A stretch of DNA of 64,000 nt from Octopus sinensis (Eukaryota), in contig NC_043023.1 in the NCBI RefSeq assembly GCF_006345805.1, forward strand, positions 9,424,001 to 9,488,000. Reading direction: 5' to 3'. Positions 27,220-40,279 of this stretch are shown one piece after another (the stretch's first letter is position 1; each line of letters begins with the position of its first letter). The notes beneath the pieces are model-generated. The model saw nothing but the letters and a program-made list of their open reading frames with translations. It did not search any database and was not told the origin of the DNA. The position numbers and the translations under genes were made by a program.

Positions 27220-27374
27220 ACTAGGCCACTGGTTTTAATGATTAATATCAATTTCTTCCCGTTATTCATTTTATATATATATATTATATATATAGATATA
27301 TATATATATATATATACATATTTTTCTTTATATATATATATATTATATATATATATATATATATTTATAATATA

Positions 27375-27407
<33 letters not shown>

Positions 27408-27684
27408 ATTAATCCAAAGGTGAAATGAATTAATTACGAAGTAATCAGTAATTTCACCAAGTAGAATTCAGCATGTAAAGACCATTCATGGTAGTTAAGT
27501 AATACTAAATAATTAGGGTTCAGCAAACGATTTTTGCCTCACCACATACTGAAGTTTAGAAAAAGCATTTAAAATCTTGGCTATTCTTTCCTACTTTAAG
27601 GGAGATCCCAGAGAACCAAAGCACTCAAAAGCAAACCACGCAGGTAGAAGGGAAAAATAACGAAAATCATTCTATATTAAGTTG

Positions 27685-27775
27685 CCTACGGACGCGAGTT
27701 TCGGAATTAAGCCAGAATAGAGCATAAATAATAAATAATTATACCTTACCTGACTATTTTCCTCATCAGCGTTGG
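27685..27775 (-). ncRNA. type I hammerhead ribozyme with a long stem II insert
   Basis: minus strand: ccaacg-CTGATGA-ggaa..(50 nt)..ttcc-GAAA-ctcgcg-TC-cgtagg; canonical G-C closing pair and GUC site; sits in a ~410-bp element flanked by (TA)n. Confidence 0.7.
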
Positions 27776-27889
27776 ATTCTTCAACTATAAATAATTGCGT
27801 CTTAATTATTAATATATATATATATATATATTATTATATATAATATATATATAATATATATATATATATAATATATATATATTATATAT

Positions 27890-27978
<89 letters not shown>

Positions 27979-28139
27979 AATCTGCAGTAGTGCCTGTATG
28001 GTAAGTAGCTTGCTTACCAACTACATGATTCCAGGTTCAGTCCCACTGCATGGTACCTTTTGCAAGTGTTTTCTACTATAGGCTCGGGCTGACCGAACAC
28101 TAAAGCAATAAAAATTGTTAAACTGTTACATAATAAAAA

Positions 28140-29860
28140 GAGAGAATTGTCATGCCTGTTGAGAATTCTGTGTAAGCGCTAGAAGATGCTCATGGAAACA
28201 ACATGATCAATGGTTTCATTTGTTGTTGACATACACGATATGTGGAAAAACTGGCGTTCTTTATGTGTTGGCCTGGTAGTTTCTTGTAGGTAGGCATTGA
28301 TATTGGGCTGCTATGATAAATGCTTCTGTTTCAGATTTTAAGCCAGAAGCCATTAACCATTGATGGGCAATGGCTTTGTCAACATCGTCACTATTAGCTC
28401 TGTTTGGGTATTTCCATTGAGAAATCTTCTTTGCAATTTATCAGTAAGAATATCTAAGGCAGCAGTTGTAACATTGGTTTCTCATACGTTTAGCTTTTTT
28501 GTGTTTGTTTCTAGTACTTCTAATTCTAGAATTTGTTGTTATTTGGAATTCACTTATATATTCCTTTGCCTGTTTGCTACTGTACATGAAGCTTCTGGCT
28601 GTCATGTTTTGAGACAGTTTAACATCCAGTAATCAGAGTTTTCAGGTAGGTGTCTAGGTCAATTGTGGCAATGTTCATTGTTAATTCCAGGTGTAAAAGT
28701 CCTCAGTCTCCCTCTTTTCTTGGGCACTTCTATATTTGGGTGGTGCATTCTATGCATTGCCAACAATTTTCGCCTTTTTCTGCAAGATTACGTATTTCAG
28801 TACTTGACTAGTTAATGATATTGAAACTATAAGTCACGACTCCTATGGTTAAAGAATAGATCGCTTCGATCCTGTTTCTTGCATTCAGCAATTACCCTGT
28901 GATAACATTCTCTTCTGATCCTTTCCTCATCACTAAATGTTTGATGCCATCACGTTCAAATTACCCTAGATATTTGTAGCTCTCCGCGTGTTATAAACTC
29001 CTTATGACATTCTACTGGTCAAGGTTAAAGTTAGATGTGTCAGTCATTTCTTTCTGATAAAGGTAGGTATTGCGCATTTATCGAGGCCAAATTGCATCCT
29101 GATGTCATCACTGTATTATTTATCAATTGCTAGTAAGCCCTGTAGTTGTTGGCCATTTTTTGCAAAGAGCTTTAAATCATCCATGTAAATGAGATGATTT
29201 ATATTTTTATCAAACATTTTATAACCGTACTGTGCATCATTGAGTAATTTCGAGAGAGGTATTAAGGCTAGACAAATGAGGAGTGGTGATAGAAAGTCAC
29301 CCTGGAAAATGCCATCTGAAATTCTTAGATCTCCAGGATTAAGAGATTCAATAACACTGTTCAGCATGGTTCTCCATGATCTCATACTTACAAGCAAAAA
29401 GTTTCGCAGAGTAGGTGCAATTTTATACATTTCCAGACATTTCTTAATCCAGCTATGTGGTAGACTATCAAAAACTTTTTTATAGTCTATCCACGTTATT
29501 GACAAGCTTTTGTATCGTTTGTGACAATATTCCAAGATCATCTTATTGATGAGTAACTGATCTTTACAACCATAGGACCCACGTTTAAATCCTTTTTGCT
29601 CATTTGGGAATATGCCACTTTTTATTAAAAAACTATAGGTATATTCACTTAATACAGATGTTAGCATTTTGTACATTGATGTTAAGCAGGTTATGGGTCT
29701 GTAATTTTTTGGTACATTTGTTTCTTCATTTTTTGGAAGTAGGAATGTTAAACCATTAACTAGCGAAGAGGGAATCATACTAAGATGTTGGAGAACATTG
29801 TTGTAAAGTTTTGCTAGTATTCTGGGAAGGCATCACTTTCTGGAGACTTCCATTTACTTG
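28140..29860 (-). mobile_element. R4/Dong-type non-LTR retrotransposon fragment (RT and downstream pieces)
   Basis: NYRPITCL, EQKGF, WIDYKKVFDSLPH, GIFQGDFLSPL, HLIYMDDLKL; abuts (ATT)n. Confidence 0.85.
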
Positions 29861-29865
29861 ACTTC

Positions 29866-29896
29866 CTTATTATTATTATTATCATTATTATTATTA

Positions 29897-29942
<46 letters not shown>

Positions 29943-29947
29943 ATCAC

Positions 29948-29980
<33 letters not shown>

Positions 29981-30036
29981 TATAATTATTATTATTATCA
30001 TCATCATCATTATTATCATTATTATTATTATTATTA

Positions 30037-30108
<72 letters not shown>
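29866..30108. repeat. (ATT)n/(CAT)n microsatellite
   Basis: directly visible. Confidence 0.95.
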
Positions 30109-30111
<3 letters not shown>

Positions 30112-30142
30112 CTTTACCGCACATAGTGTTCGGTCTCTTTCC

Positions 30143-31355
30143 TCTGTTTCATTCTGTGAGAGCGGCCATACCCTCTGTTCAGAGGTCTCCGCGGGTATCT
30201 TTCCGTAAAATATAAGCTATGATATTTGGATATTAAAAATCGTGGATGACATTCAACACCCAGGTACCAATCTCGAAATCCTAACTCCCCCCCCCAGAAG
30301 AGGGATTTCGTTAAAGATATTATTAGCGGAGGTATTTGAGGGCAACATTTCAATATAGGTAAGCACACGGCTAACAGCAGTTGTTGAAATTATAGATCTT
30401 GTGAATGGTGTATAAATATATAGGCCTCGTATTGATGGCCAGTGAAGGATGAGCGCTACTACGTCAACCAAACTTCGTATTTAATATAGAGAAACCAATC
30501 GTAGAAAAGAGAAGAGGATCATTCAGTCAATTTCTGTGGATTGCTGTTTAGTGGAATCAGGCCTCTTATTGATACCTATCTCATTTTCCAGGAGGATTCA
30601 CTGGTTTAAGTCATATAAATAATGAAAATGACTACATAAATAAATATGGAAGAGGGCAATCTTTCGTCTCTAGTAGACCTTTCCGTCGATTTCCGTAAAA
30701 ACTTCTTTTTTTAACATATGGGCTTGCGGGAACTTTTGAAGTAATGAGAGCGAAAGAGACTAAGAGAAAGCGATTTTATGACGAGGGAAATTCTTTTGAA
30801 GTTACCGTGCATGGGAAGCATTGATGTACATGTGTGTGTGTGTTTGATGGGGTGTGGGAGACAGACAGTATGTTGTGTAAGTGAAGTGCTTCTGTTAGTG
30901 TGTGTGAAGAGACAGAGTAATGTGTGAAAGAGAGAGATAACTGAAATTTTTTACTCGGTGTATGTGTATATGTATGTATATTACTTCAAAAGTTCCCGCA
31001 AGCCCATATGTAAAAAAAAATATATTTTTTACGGAAATCGACGGAAAGGTCTACTAGAGACGAAAGATCGCCATGGAAGAGTGGTGGATAACGGATATAT
31101 TCTCGAGACAGTAGCATACATCATCAACCAATAACATGACTCAACTGGAGATACTACTGCTGTTGTTGAAAAACAAACCACTTAGAAATTACAATTGGAC
31201 ACTGTGTTCAGTAAGCTTATCGGATACAGATGCAATTTTAGAGAATAGGCTTATATGAAGAAACAGAATAGGCGAATCCGTGTTATGTGTTTGAAAAGTA
31301 TATAAATATTCCAAAAAATACGATTGAAATGTTACTTGGAGCCGGCATTATAGAG
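30143..31355 (+). pseudogene. degenerate LRR ectodomain coding region of gene 2, split by a MITE
   Basis: fragments FCESGHTLCSEVSAGIFP*NISY (LRR-NT-like), GSFSQ..WNQ..PGGFTGLSHI and NNMTQLEILLL; many stops and frameshifts; GTAAGT at 31356. Confidence 0.42.
30655..31072. mobile_element. MITE with ~95-bp TIRs and a 9-bp TSD (Mutator-like)
   Basis: ggcaatctttcgtctctagtagacc and ggtctactagagacgaaagatcgcc are inverted; atggaagag at 30646-30654 and 31073-31081. Confidence 0.85.
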
Positions 31356-31977
31356 GTAAGTGAATTTTTGTTACGCTCTTTTCAAATTTAACATTTATAA
31401 GCACACACGAGCGCGCATGTATGTCTTATTTATCTCTGACTCACCCCTCTCCCTATCTTTCCTTTACCTGTTTCCTCTCATAAGCTCGTCCTCCTAGCGC
31501 TCACAATGGGTTTTTTCCTATCGTCTTAGCAAAACAGCCCTCATTGTTTGTTTTTACTGTTTTGTTCTCTCTGTCCTGTTCTTGTTACCACTTTCACCCT
31601 CCGCAAAAAATCCCAAATTTTATTTAATTTGCTTTGCGGGAAGGACTGTTTCAACGAAGTCGGGTATTGTCCTTACTCTCGAAAACGCGGAGCGGATGAA
31701 ACAGGGACAACTGATGGAGGGGAATATTCTTTATGTTGCATGTATCGTTTCTCTGTTGTTTTTTCGTTGTTCGAAAAACAAAGTTCGTTTTCTGTGTTTT
31801 TGTTATTGTTTTCGTTTTTCATTGTGTTCAACGTTTTTTATGTCCTGTAACAAAATATGAATGTATATATACATATATATGTAGGTATGTACATATATGT
31901 ATGTATATATGCATATATTTATATATTATTTATATTATTATATGATCGAACGCCACGCATCATTTTCCAAGTAAATT

Positions 31978-32172
<195 letters not shown>

Positions 32173-32339
32173 CCGATGCGGAGTAAATAATTGTCGAGAA
32201 AAAATAATTCACAAAAAATAGTCTGTGAAGATACCATTGACTATTTTATTATCTAGTGTAACTATTTAAAAATGAAAATAACAGAATCAAGAAAATAGGC
32301 AATTGCAGGTCCACAAAAAAAAATAACATTAAGTAGCTG

Positions 32340-32775
32340 AAGTTTTAAAATTTATCAGAGGACATACGAAGTATGTTTACCCGCTGGAAATAACAGTTGA
32401 ATCTCCTATTTAAATCGCCAAAATACACTGATAATGACTACAGAAATCAACCGTCCGAAGGCAAACGGACAAAGACGATCTCCTAACTTACATTTAAATA
32501 TTTGGACTCACATGGACGGGTTTCTACACTGGCAAAAATAGCCTCAGCTTCTTCAGCTCGTGTTACTATGATAGAGACTTCCAACCCGTCGGGTTGAAGT
32601 CTGCGCTTTGACAGATTCGTTTTGTGCCGAGATCAAGTTGGGAGGTTGATTGTCTTCGCCCGTTTGCCTTCGGACGGATGATTTTGGTAGTTATTGTCAG
32701 TGTAATTTTGGCGATTTAAATAAGAGTTTTGACTGTTATTTCCACCCGGTAGATATACTTAGTATGTACTTTGAT
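32340..32775. mobile_element. element with ~150-bp inverted arms
   Basis: ggaaataacag...tttaaatcgccaaaa...ccgtccgaaggcaaacg is inverted at about 32635-32775. Confidence 0.7.
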
Positions 32776-33066
32776 TCATTTTCATATACATACATACATA
32801 CACACATACATACACACATTCATACATATATACATACATACACACATACATATATACACACATACATACACACATACATACATACATACGTACGTACATA
32901 CGTACATACATACATATATACACACATACATACACATATACATACATAAATAAATACATACATATATATACATACATAAATACACACACACACACACATA
33001 TATATGTATGTATGTATGCATGTATATATGTATGATTATTTATATATGTGTGTGTGTGTATATATA

Positions 33067-33361
33067 GAGGCGCAATGGCCCATTGGTTACGGCAGCGGAC
33101 TCGCGGTCGGAAGATCGTAGTTTCGATTCCCAGACCGGGCGTTGTGTGTGTTTATTGAGTGAAAATACCTAAAAGCTCCACGAGGCTCCGGCAGGGGGTG
33201 GTGGTGGCGACCCCTGTTGTACTCTTTTGCTCCAACTTTCTCTCACTCTTCGTGTTTCTTGAGTAACGCTGCGATGGACTGGCGTCCCGTCGCGCTGGGG
33301 AGAACACATAAGCCACAGAAACCGGGAAACCGGGCCCATGATCCTGGGTAGGCTTGAAAAG

Positions 33362-33364
<3 letters not shown>
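33067..33364 (+). mobile_element. SINE family B
   Basis: gaggcgcaatggccc...gcggactcgcggtc head and gaaaccggg...aggcttgaaaagg tail. Confidence 0.85.
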
Positions 33365-33433
<69 letters not shown>

Positions 33434-33499
33434 GTATAATGATATACACGAAAGCACACGAACGCATACATAGATATACTTTCGGTGTGAATGTTTTTA

Positions 33500-33660
33500 T
33501 TATTGCGGCACCGTGACTTAAAAATGTGAGTCACGTTTTCGACCCTCTTCCCACACATTCTGCAGAGGTCCTCTGCACTCGTCTGGTATATTTTCTTTTT
33601 CCCTGAGTCGGTATTCAATGCCTGGCAGCGATGATGAGGATTCCAGGATTCTCTCTTAGG
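33500..33660 (-). mobile_element. small R4/Dong-type fragment (zinc knuckle)
   Basis: CRMCGKRVENVTHI. Confidence 0.6.
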
Positions 33661-33704
33661 TCCCCCCTTGTTGAGCCATCTCCATGATGCTTCGTGGTCT
33701 TTTA

Positions 33705-34215
33705 ATTATTATCACCATAATCATCATCATCCTCATCATCGTCATCGTCGTCATCATCATCATCATCATCATCATCTTAATTATCATCATCATCATCCTC
33801 ATCATCGTATCGTCGTCATCATCATCATCATCATCTTAATTATCATCATCATCATCATCGTCATCGTCGTCATCATCATCATCATCATCTTAATTATCAT
33901 CATCATCATCCTCATCATCGTATCGTCGTCATCATCATCATCATCATCTTAATTATCATCATCATCATCATCGTATCGTCGTCATCATCATCATCATCAT
34001 CTTAATTATCATCGTCATCATCATCGTCATCGTCGTCATCATCATCATCATCATCATCATCTTAATTATCATCATCATCATCATCGTCATCATCATCATC
34101 ATCATCTTAATCATCATCATCATCATCCTCATCATCGTCATCGTCGTCATCATCATCATCATCATCTTAATTATCATCATCATCATCGTCGTCGTCGTCG
34201 TCGTCTTCGTCATTC
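33705..34215. repeat. (CAT)/(CGT) compound microsatellite with periodic cttaat interruptions
   Basis: directly visible. Confidence 0.95.
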
Positions 34216-34936
34216 TTTTTTAGGCCCCCCCCCCTTGTTGAGCCACCTCCATGATGCTTCGTGGTCTTTTAATTTGTGGGTTTCAAGGTGGAATTCACTA
34301 TATAATTCCATGACGAGTAGGGTTTCTTCTCCTTTGTTGGCTGTTCTTGTTCGGAACTCACGTCCACTCTCGAGTCCATTTTTGCTAAATCCTTCTACAT
34401 TAGCAGCATATTATAGCAGGTCATATTTGCTATTTACCAAAATATTCTGCCACCACCACTGCCACCGCCGCCACGACGACGACGACGACGACCACCACCG
34501 CCGCCGCCGTCGCCCCCGTCACCACTACCACCAGTGATATTTCACGTCACCCTTGGTAAACTAAACATCCAACGGAAGAATGCAGGACGTGAACGGATTC
34601 TGCAAGAATGTCTTTAATGATTGCAGATATGTTTACATTCATGTGCGTTAACTACAGCATTAGATCACACTAGAGCGGTTTAGCTCTTCTTTCTAGCAAT
34701 GTAGATGTTACTGTACACCCTAGTCGCAGTTAAAGATATTCGATAGTTTATTATGTTTTTTAAAGCCAAATTATATCTTCAAAGATAAATACATATTTCT
34801 ATCTATTTTCTTACCTTAAAAATTAAATAATTAACATAATAAATGTGTTATTGGAAATGTTTTAAGTTTCTAATTTAGTTAATGGAGTATTTTTCTATTA
34901 TTAACTCCATTTGCCTATTTATTTAACTATTATCAT

Positions 34937-35036
34937 GTACCTGAAGATTGACTATAATTTTAAATCGAATTTATTTCAATTGAATTAAACTTAATTGTAA
35001 TTCGAATTTAATTGTAGCCATGAAACGCACGTAGTT
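34937..35036 (+). ncRNA. hammerhead-like motif, stem I weak
   Basis: ac-CTGAAGA-t tgactata...tgtagcca t-GAAA-cgcacg-TA-gt; stems II and III pair, stem I only 2 bp. Confidence 0.45.
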
Positions 35037-35189
35037 TTTTATTTATTAAATATATATGATGATTGATTATTTTAATACTTTTTGAGATCTAGTTATAAGT
35101 TGTATGTTTTATAAAAATATATATTATTTATTATTTATGTCTATCACTGTTTGGGTTGTATAATAGTGGTTTATCTCTAATTTATATTT

Positions 35190-35252
<63 letters not shown>

Positions 35253-35452
35253 TATATATACACACATTTGCTACTTCTGATTCGTCTGTCTTCTGTTCAT
35301 CGCCACTCTATTTCTATCTTAATCTTTACCATTTTCATTTATCATTTGATCTTTCGATTCTAGTTCTTTTTCTTTCCTGCCTCCAGTTCATTGGACATAA
35401 TATTTAATATCTTACCTGTACTATTTCTGATAAATTTTCTTTTATCTTACAG

Positions 35453-35524
35453 AGACCTATTCTACAATAAAATCTCTACTATTAGACAGGGAACGTTCGA
35501 AAATCTGTACAGTTTGCGCACTCT
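35453..35524 (+). pseudogene. 72-nt single-LRR exon of gene 2
   Basis: cttacAG acceptor; DLFYNKISTIRQGTFENLYSLRTL; GTAAGT donor; exactly 72 nt, phase 2-2, open frame. Confidence 0.8.
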
Positions 35525-35847
35525 GTAAGTTCGATCAGTGTTACTGATACTATTCCTTGTCTGCATGTTTTTACATAACTAAAAATTTACCATACTTTGC
35601 TTCCGTCACTTTGCTCTTCTCTATCTCACACACGAACATTCACAAACGCACTCAGACTTATATATTAATAGATTTATATATAAGTATATATATATATATA
35701 TATATATATATGTTATATTTATATTGTATAGAGAGCATTATTACACATAAATGCCTCACACTAAGAGGGACAAAGTCATTACTACCAAAATTACACTAAT
35801 CATACCTAATGCAGTTCTTCAAAGCAAGACATTTAAAAAATGAATTT

Positions 35848-35904
35848 AGTTCTGTATCACCGTGATTTCACATTTAACTTACGTCTATGATCATCAGCAG
35901 AACT
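35848..35904 (-). ncRNA. type I hammerhead ribozyme (inverted unit)
   Basis: reverse complement of 36418-36474. Confidence 0.75.
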
Positions 35905-36417
35905 GATTCTGAAACATCATAAATAAACCACCAACCTTACCTCAAGCACATGGAATGTTTATAAATCATATATTCGGTAAATGGCGGGTAAATCACGGTG
36001 ATACAGAACTAAATTCATTTTTTAAATGTCTTGCTTTGAAGAACTGCATTAGGTATGATTAGTGTAATTTTGGTAGTAATGACTTTGTCCCTCTTAGTGT
36101 GAGGCATTTATGTGTAATAATGCCCTCTATACAATATAAATATAATTAATTTGTTCAAAAGGAAAAGAATTATTTTCGAATTCTTTTCTCTTATGAGGTT
36201 TTTCACGCTAACTACCTGATAATTTCTTATTAAGAAGTTATCCTTAATTGTTAAATTTATTCCGAAATACTTTTCTTACCCGACATGCAGTTCGAAAATC
36301 CCGCCATTTACCGAATATATGATTTATAAACATTCCATGTGCTTGGCCGGAGTGAATAGATGTCTGTTCGTCTTCGCTAGGTAAGGTTGGTGGTTTATTT
36401 ATGATGTGTTCAGAATC

Positions 36418-36474
36418 AGTTCTGCTGATGATCATAGACGTAAGTTAAATGTGAAATCACGGTGATACAGAACT
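36418..36474 (+). ncRNA. type I hammerhead ribozyme
   Basis: agttctg-CTGATGA-t cat a gac GTAA gtt aa atg t-GAAA-tcac g gtga-TA-cagaact; 7-bp perfect stem I; predicted cut after A36467. Confidence 0.78.
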
Positions 36475-36894
36475 AAATTCATTTTTTAAATGTCTTGCTT
36501 TGAAGAACTGCATTAGGTATGATTAGTGTAATTTTGGTTGTAATGACTTTGCCCCTCTTAGTGTGAGGCATTTATGTGTAATAATGCCCTCTATACAATA
36601 TAAATATAATTAATTTGTTCAAAAGGAAAAGAATTATTTTCGAATTCTTTTCTCCTATGAGGTTTTTCACGCTAACTACCTGATAATTTCTTGTTAAGAT
36701 TCCTTATTAAGAAGTTATCCTTAATTGTTAAATTTATTCCGAAATACTTTTCTTACCCGACATGCAGTTCGAAAAAGCCCGCCATTTACCGAATATATGA
36801 TTTATAAACATTCCATGTGCTTGGCCGGAGTGAATAGAGTCTGTTCGTCTTCGCTAGGTAAGGTTGGTGGTTTATTTATGATGTGTTCAGAATC

Positions 36895-36951
36895 AGTTCT
36901 GCTGATGATCATAGACGTAAGTTAAATGTGAAATCACGGTGATACAGAACT
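36895..36951 (+). ncRNA. type I hammerhead ribozyme
   Basis: identical to 36418-36474; predicted cut after A36944. Confidence 0.78.
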
Positions 36952-37333
36952 AAATTCATTTTTAAATGTCTTGCTTTGAAGAACTGCATTAGGTATGATT
37001 AGTGTAATTTTGGTAGTAATGACTTTGTCCCTCTTAGTGTGAGGCATTTATGTGTAATAATGCCCTCTATACAATATAAATATAATTAATTTGTTCAAAA
37101 GGAAAAGAATTATTTTCGAATTCTTTTCTCTTATGAGGTTTTTCACGCTAACTACCTGATAATTTCTTGTTAAGATTCCTTATTAAGAAGTTATCCTTAA
37201 TTGTTAAATATATATATATGTATATTGATCATTCATTTTAATACTTTTTGAGATCTAGTTATAAGTTGTATGTTTTATAAAAATATGTATTATTTGTTAT
37301 TTATGTTTTGGTTTCTGTCTATCACTGTTTGAG

Positions 37334-37391
<58 letters not shown>

Positions 37392-37504
37392 CCTGCTCGC
37401 TTAGCCAGCGGGGGTGGCGTCATTCGAAGGCTAAAAAACAATGCGAACGCATTGTGACCAGCGATGTGTAGCAACATCCGATGGTCTGGTCGGTCACGTG
37501 ATCG

Positions 37505-37552
<48 letters not shown>

Positions 37553-39479
37553 CATTTCATAGCTAAGTTCTCCCCCAAATTAAATGGCTGAAACTTTACT
37601 CAACATACATTGAAGGACAAAAAATTTTTTCGATTTACAATATGATACAGTGGAACATTTGATATATATGTGTGTGTATATATATATATATATATACGTG
37701 TGTGTGTGTGTGTGTGTGTATGTTACCTGTTACATACATTATATTGTTTTTGCAATTTACTTGATCTTTACTTGCCAATTGTCATTCTAATTCTAATTTT
37801 AACCTTCCTATGATATGCAATTTTCAAGATGATGTAACTTGATTATTCATTTTGATTCGTTAGAAGGTGGATTTTTCTCTAATATTTCATGTATAAGCAT
37901 GTATATATATATGTATATATATATATATATATTATATATAATTATATATATATATATATATATATATAGTGACATTGAAGGACGCATCTTTCGATTTACA
38001 ATCTGATATAGTAGAACATTTGGTGTGTGTCTGTGTCTGTGTGTATATATATATATATCTGTGTGTGTGTAGATATGTGTATTGCCTGTTATATACGTTA
38101 TATAATATATTATATTATTATCTTTATAATTTACTTCCATCTTTGCCTTTTAATTGTCATTTTAATTTTAACTTTCCTATGATATACAATTTTCAAGATG
38201 GTATAATTTGGTTGTTCATTTGGAACCGATAAAAAGGTTTTTTTCAAATATTTTATGTATAAGTCTGTGTGTGTATATATATTATTGGTAGAAATATCAA
38301 CACACAAAAATATTTTTTTCTTCTCCACTCCCTCCCTTATTTATATTTATTTTTTATTTTTTATTTTTTATTTTTTATATTTTATTATTATCATTTTTTA
38401 TTATTATTTTTTTATTTTTTATTTTTTATTTTTATATTTATTTTTTATTTTTATTTTCCCTTTTCTCTTTTTGTCTCTCTCCCCTTCTCCAAACACACAG
38501 AGACACACACACACGCACACAGACACACACGGACATACAGAGAGACACACACACACACACACCTCCACAAAATGATCATAGAAAGTGTGACCCCAAATGA
38601 CATTTGTCCGGCCAACCTACGCACAACACACACTCAGTGACACTAGAATGGACAGCCAAAATTCTTATAAAACCACAGGCGGTCCAGCAGGCCAGGAAAT
38701 AATACTTCTTCTTCCTTCTCAGATACAAACGCACACACACACACATACACACACACACACACATACACACATGCACACACACACACATATACACACACAC
38801 ATACACACACACATATGCACACACACACATACACACATGTTTTCTCTGTCTCACTTCCTCCTCACTCTCTTATACTGTCTTATTCCCCCAGCACTACTAC
38901 GAAACTATAAAATGTTCAAATTCCCCACAAAGGAATTGATTTGAAAAGCCCACTAGATTGGGAGAAAGCGCTAATCCGAATGATATGATCTGAATGATAT
39001 GATATATATGTAAAAAATGTAATATATAAATAAATATCTACAAATATGAACCAACCGATCTGATTACCTCATTTTTTCTAATATATATATATATTATATA
39101 TATTATATATATATATTATATATATATATATATATTATTATATATATATTATGTATGTATATATATATATATATTATATATATGTATATGTATATATATA
39201 ATTAAAGAAAACAGAAAATGGAGAAATACTGATGAACAACAGTTGACTTTCATAAATTATTATTTATTAATTTAATTTAAATAGACTGCATCCCGTGTAA
39301 CAGCTGTTTCTGCTTCCAATCTTCTTGTGTGGTCTTGCCAATGATATATAAAAATATGTAGACTATTAAGCATATTTGGTAATAAAACGATATGAAACAT
39401 CAGAGTGAAGAATAAATAAAGAAGATGAGCATAGAGAAGAAAAAGGAAAAATATGGTTGTCATCACACCAATTTGCTTG

Positions 39480-40230
39480 TGTGCCTCTTAACAGCGGTTT
39501 GATCAGACCACGTCTTTACTATTTGTAGGCCGGGATTACCACAGAGCTCCCAAAAGATCCTTCTTGCCACATTGTCATGGCAACGTTTGTATTCGCTTTG
39601 CACAATTTAGGGCATTCTCTAACGATGTGTTCTACCGTTTTACCCCTCTCACAACACATTCTGCACTTTTCGCTACCAGCAGTGTTGACAATACTACTGA
39701 TAAACGCTTGTTTATCAGATGCGCATATGAACGATTCTGTCTCTGTCTTCAGGTTACTCAACCACATACATTGTCATCGATCCTCTCTATCTGCTCTGGC
39801 GTTCACATCTCTTGCAAACTAACCGTACATTTTTTTGTTCAGTTCTTGTATAATTTTCTCTTAGTTACATAATTTTCAGTTTTTAAGTCGCCGTCCGTTT
39901 TTGGGGAGTGGCTCCACAGCATTTTTTATATACCTCACTAGGCTATTTTCCCCTGCTTCGATACAGTTCTGGCAACTAATTAAACTTCTCCAACCCTTTG
40001 TTCTTTACAAGTACAGTCCATCGATGTCACTCTTAAAGTGGAAGGTTCCATGTACAGTCAACAGTTTTCTGATCTTGGTATCCATTTTCTTCATTTCCAG
40101 CATTAGACGTTTTATAATTCCCGCTCCATACCGAAGTGATGCTATCGTCCATGTATTAACTGATTGCATTTTATTCCATCCAGTCTTGATCCCCTACCCG
40201 GAGCTGCTCTTGCGGCAAAAATTTGAAATC
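39480..40230 (-). mobile_element. degenerate R4/Dong-type fragment
   Basis: LKTETESFICA, CRMCCERGKTVEHIVRECPKL; abuts (ATT)n. Confidence 0.65.
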
Positions 40231-40232
40231 AC

Positions 40233-40276
<44 letters not shown>

Positions 40277-40279
40277 TAT

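Larger units (their letters stand above)
35714..37208 (+). mobile_element. non-coding hammerhead-bearing tandem array (one inverted partial unit, then about 2.6 direct units of 464/477 bp)
   Basis: units nearly identical; register points 35990, 36454 and 36931; inverted unit 35714-35989; (TA)n on both sides. Confidence 0.88.
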
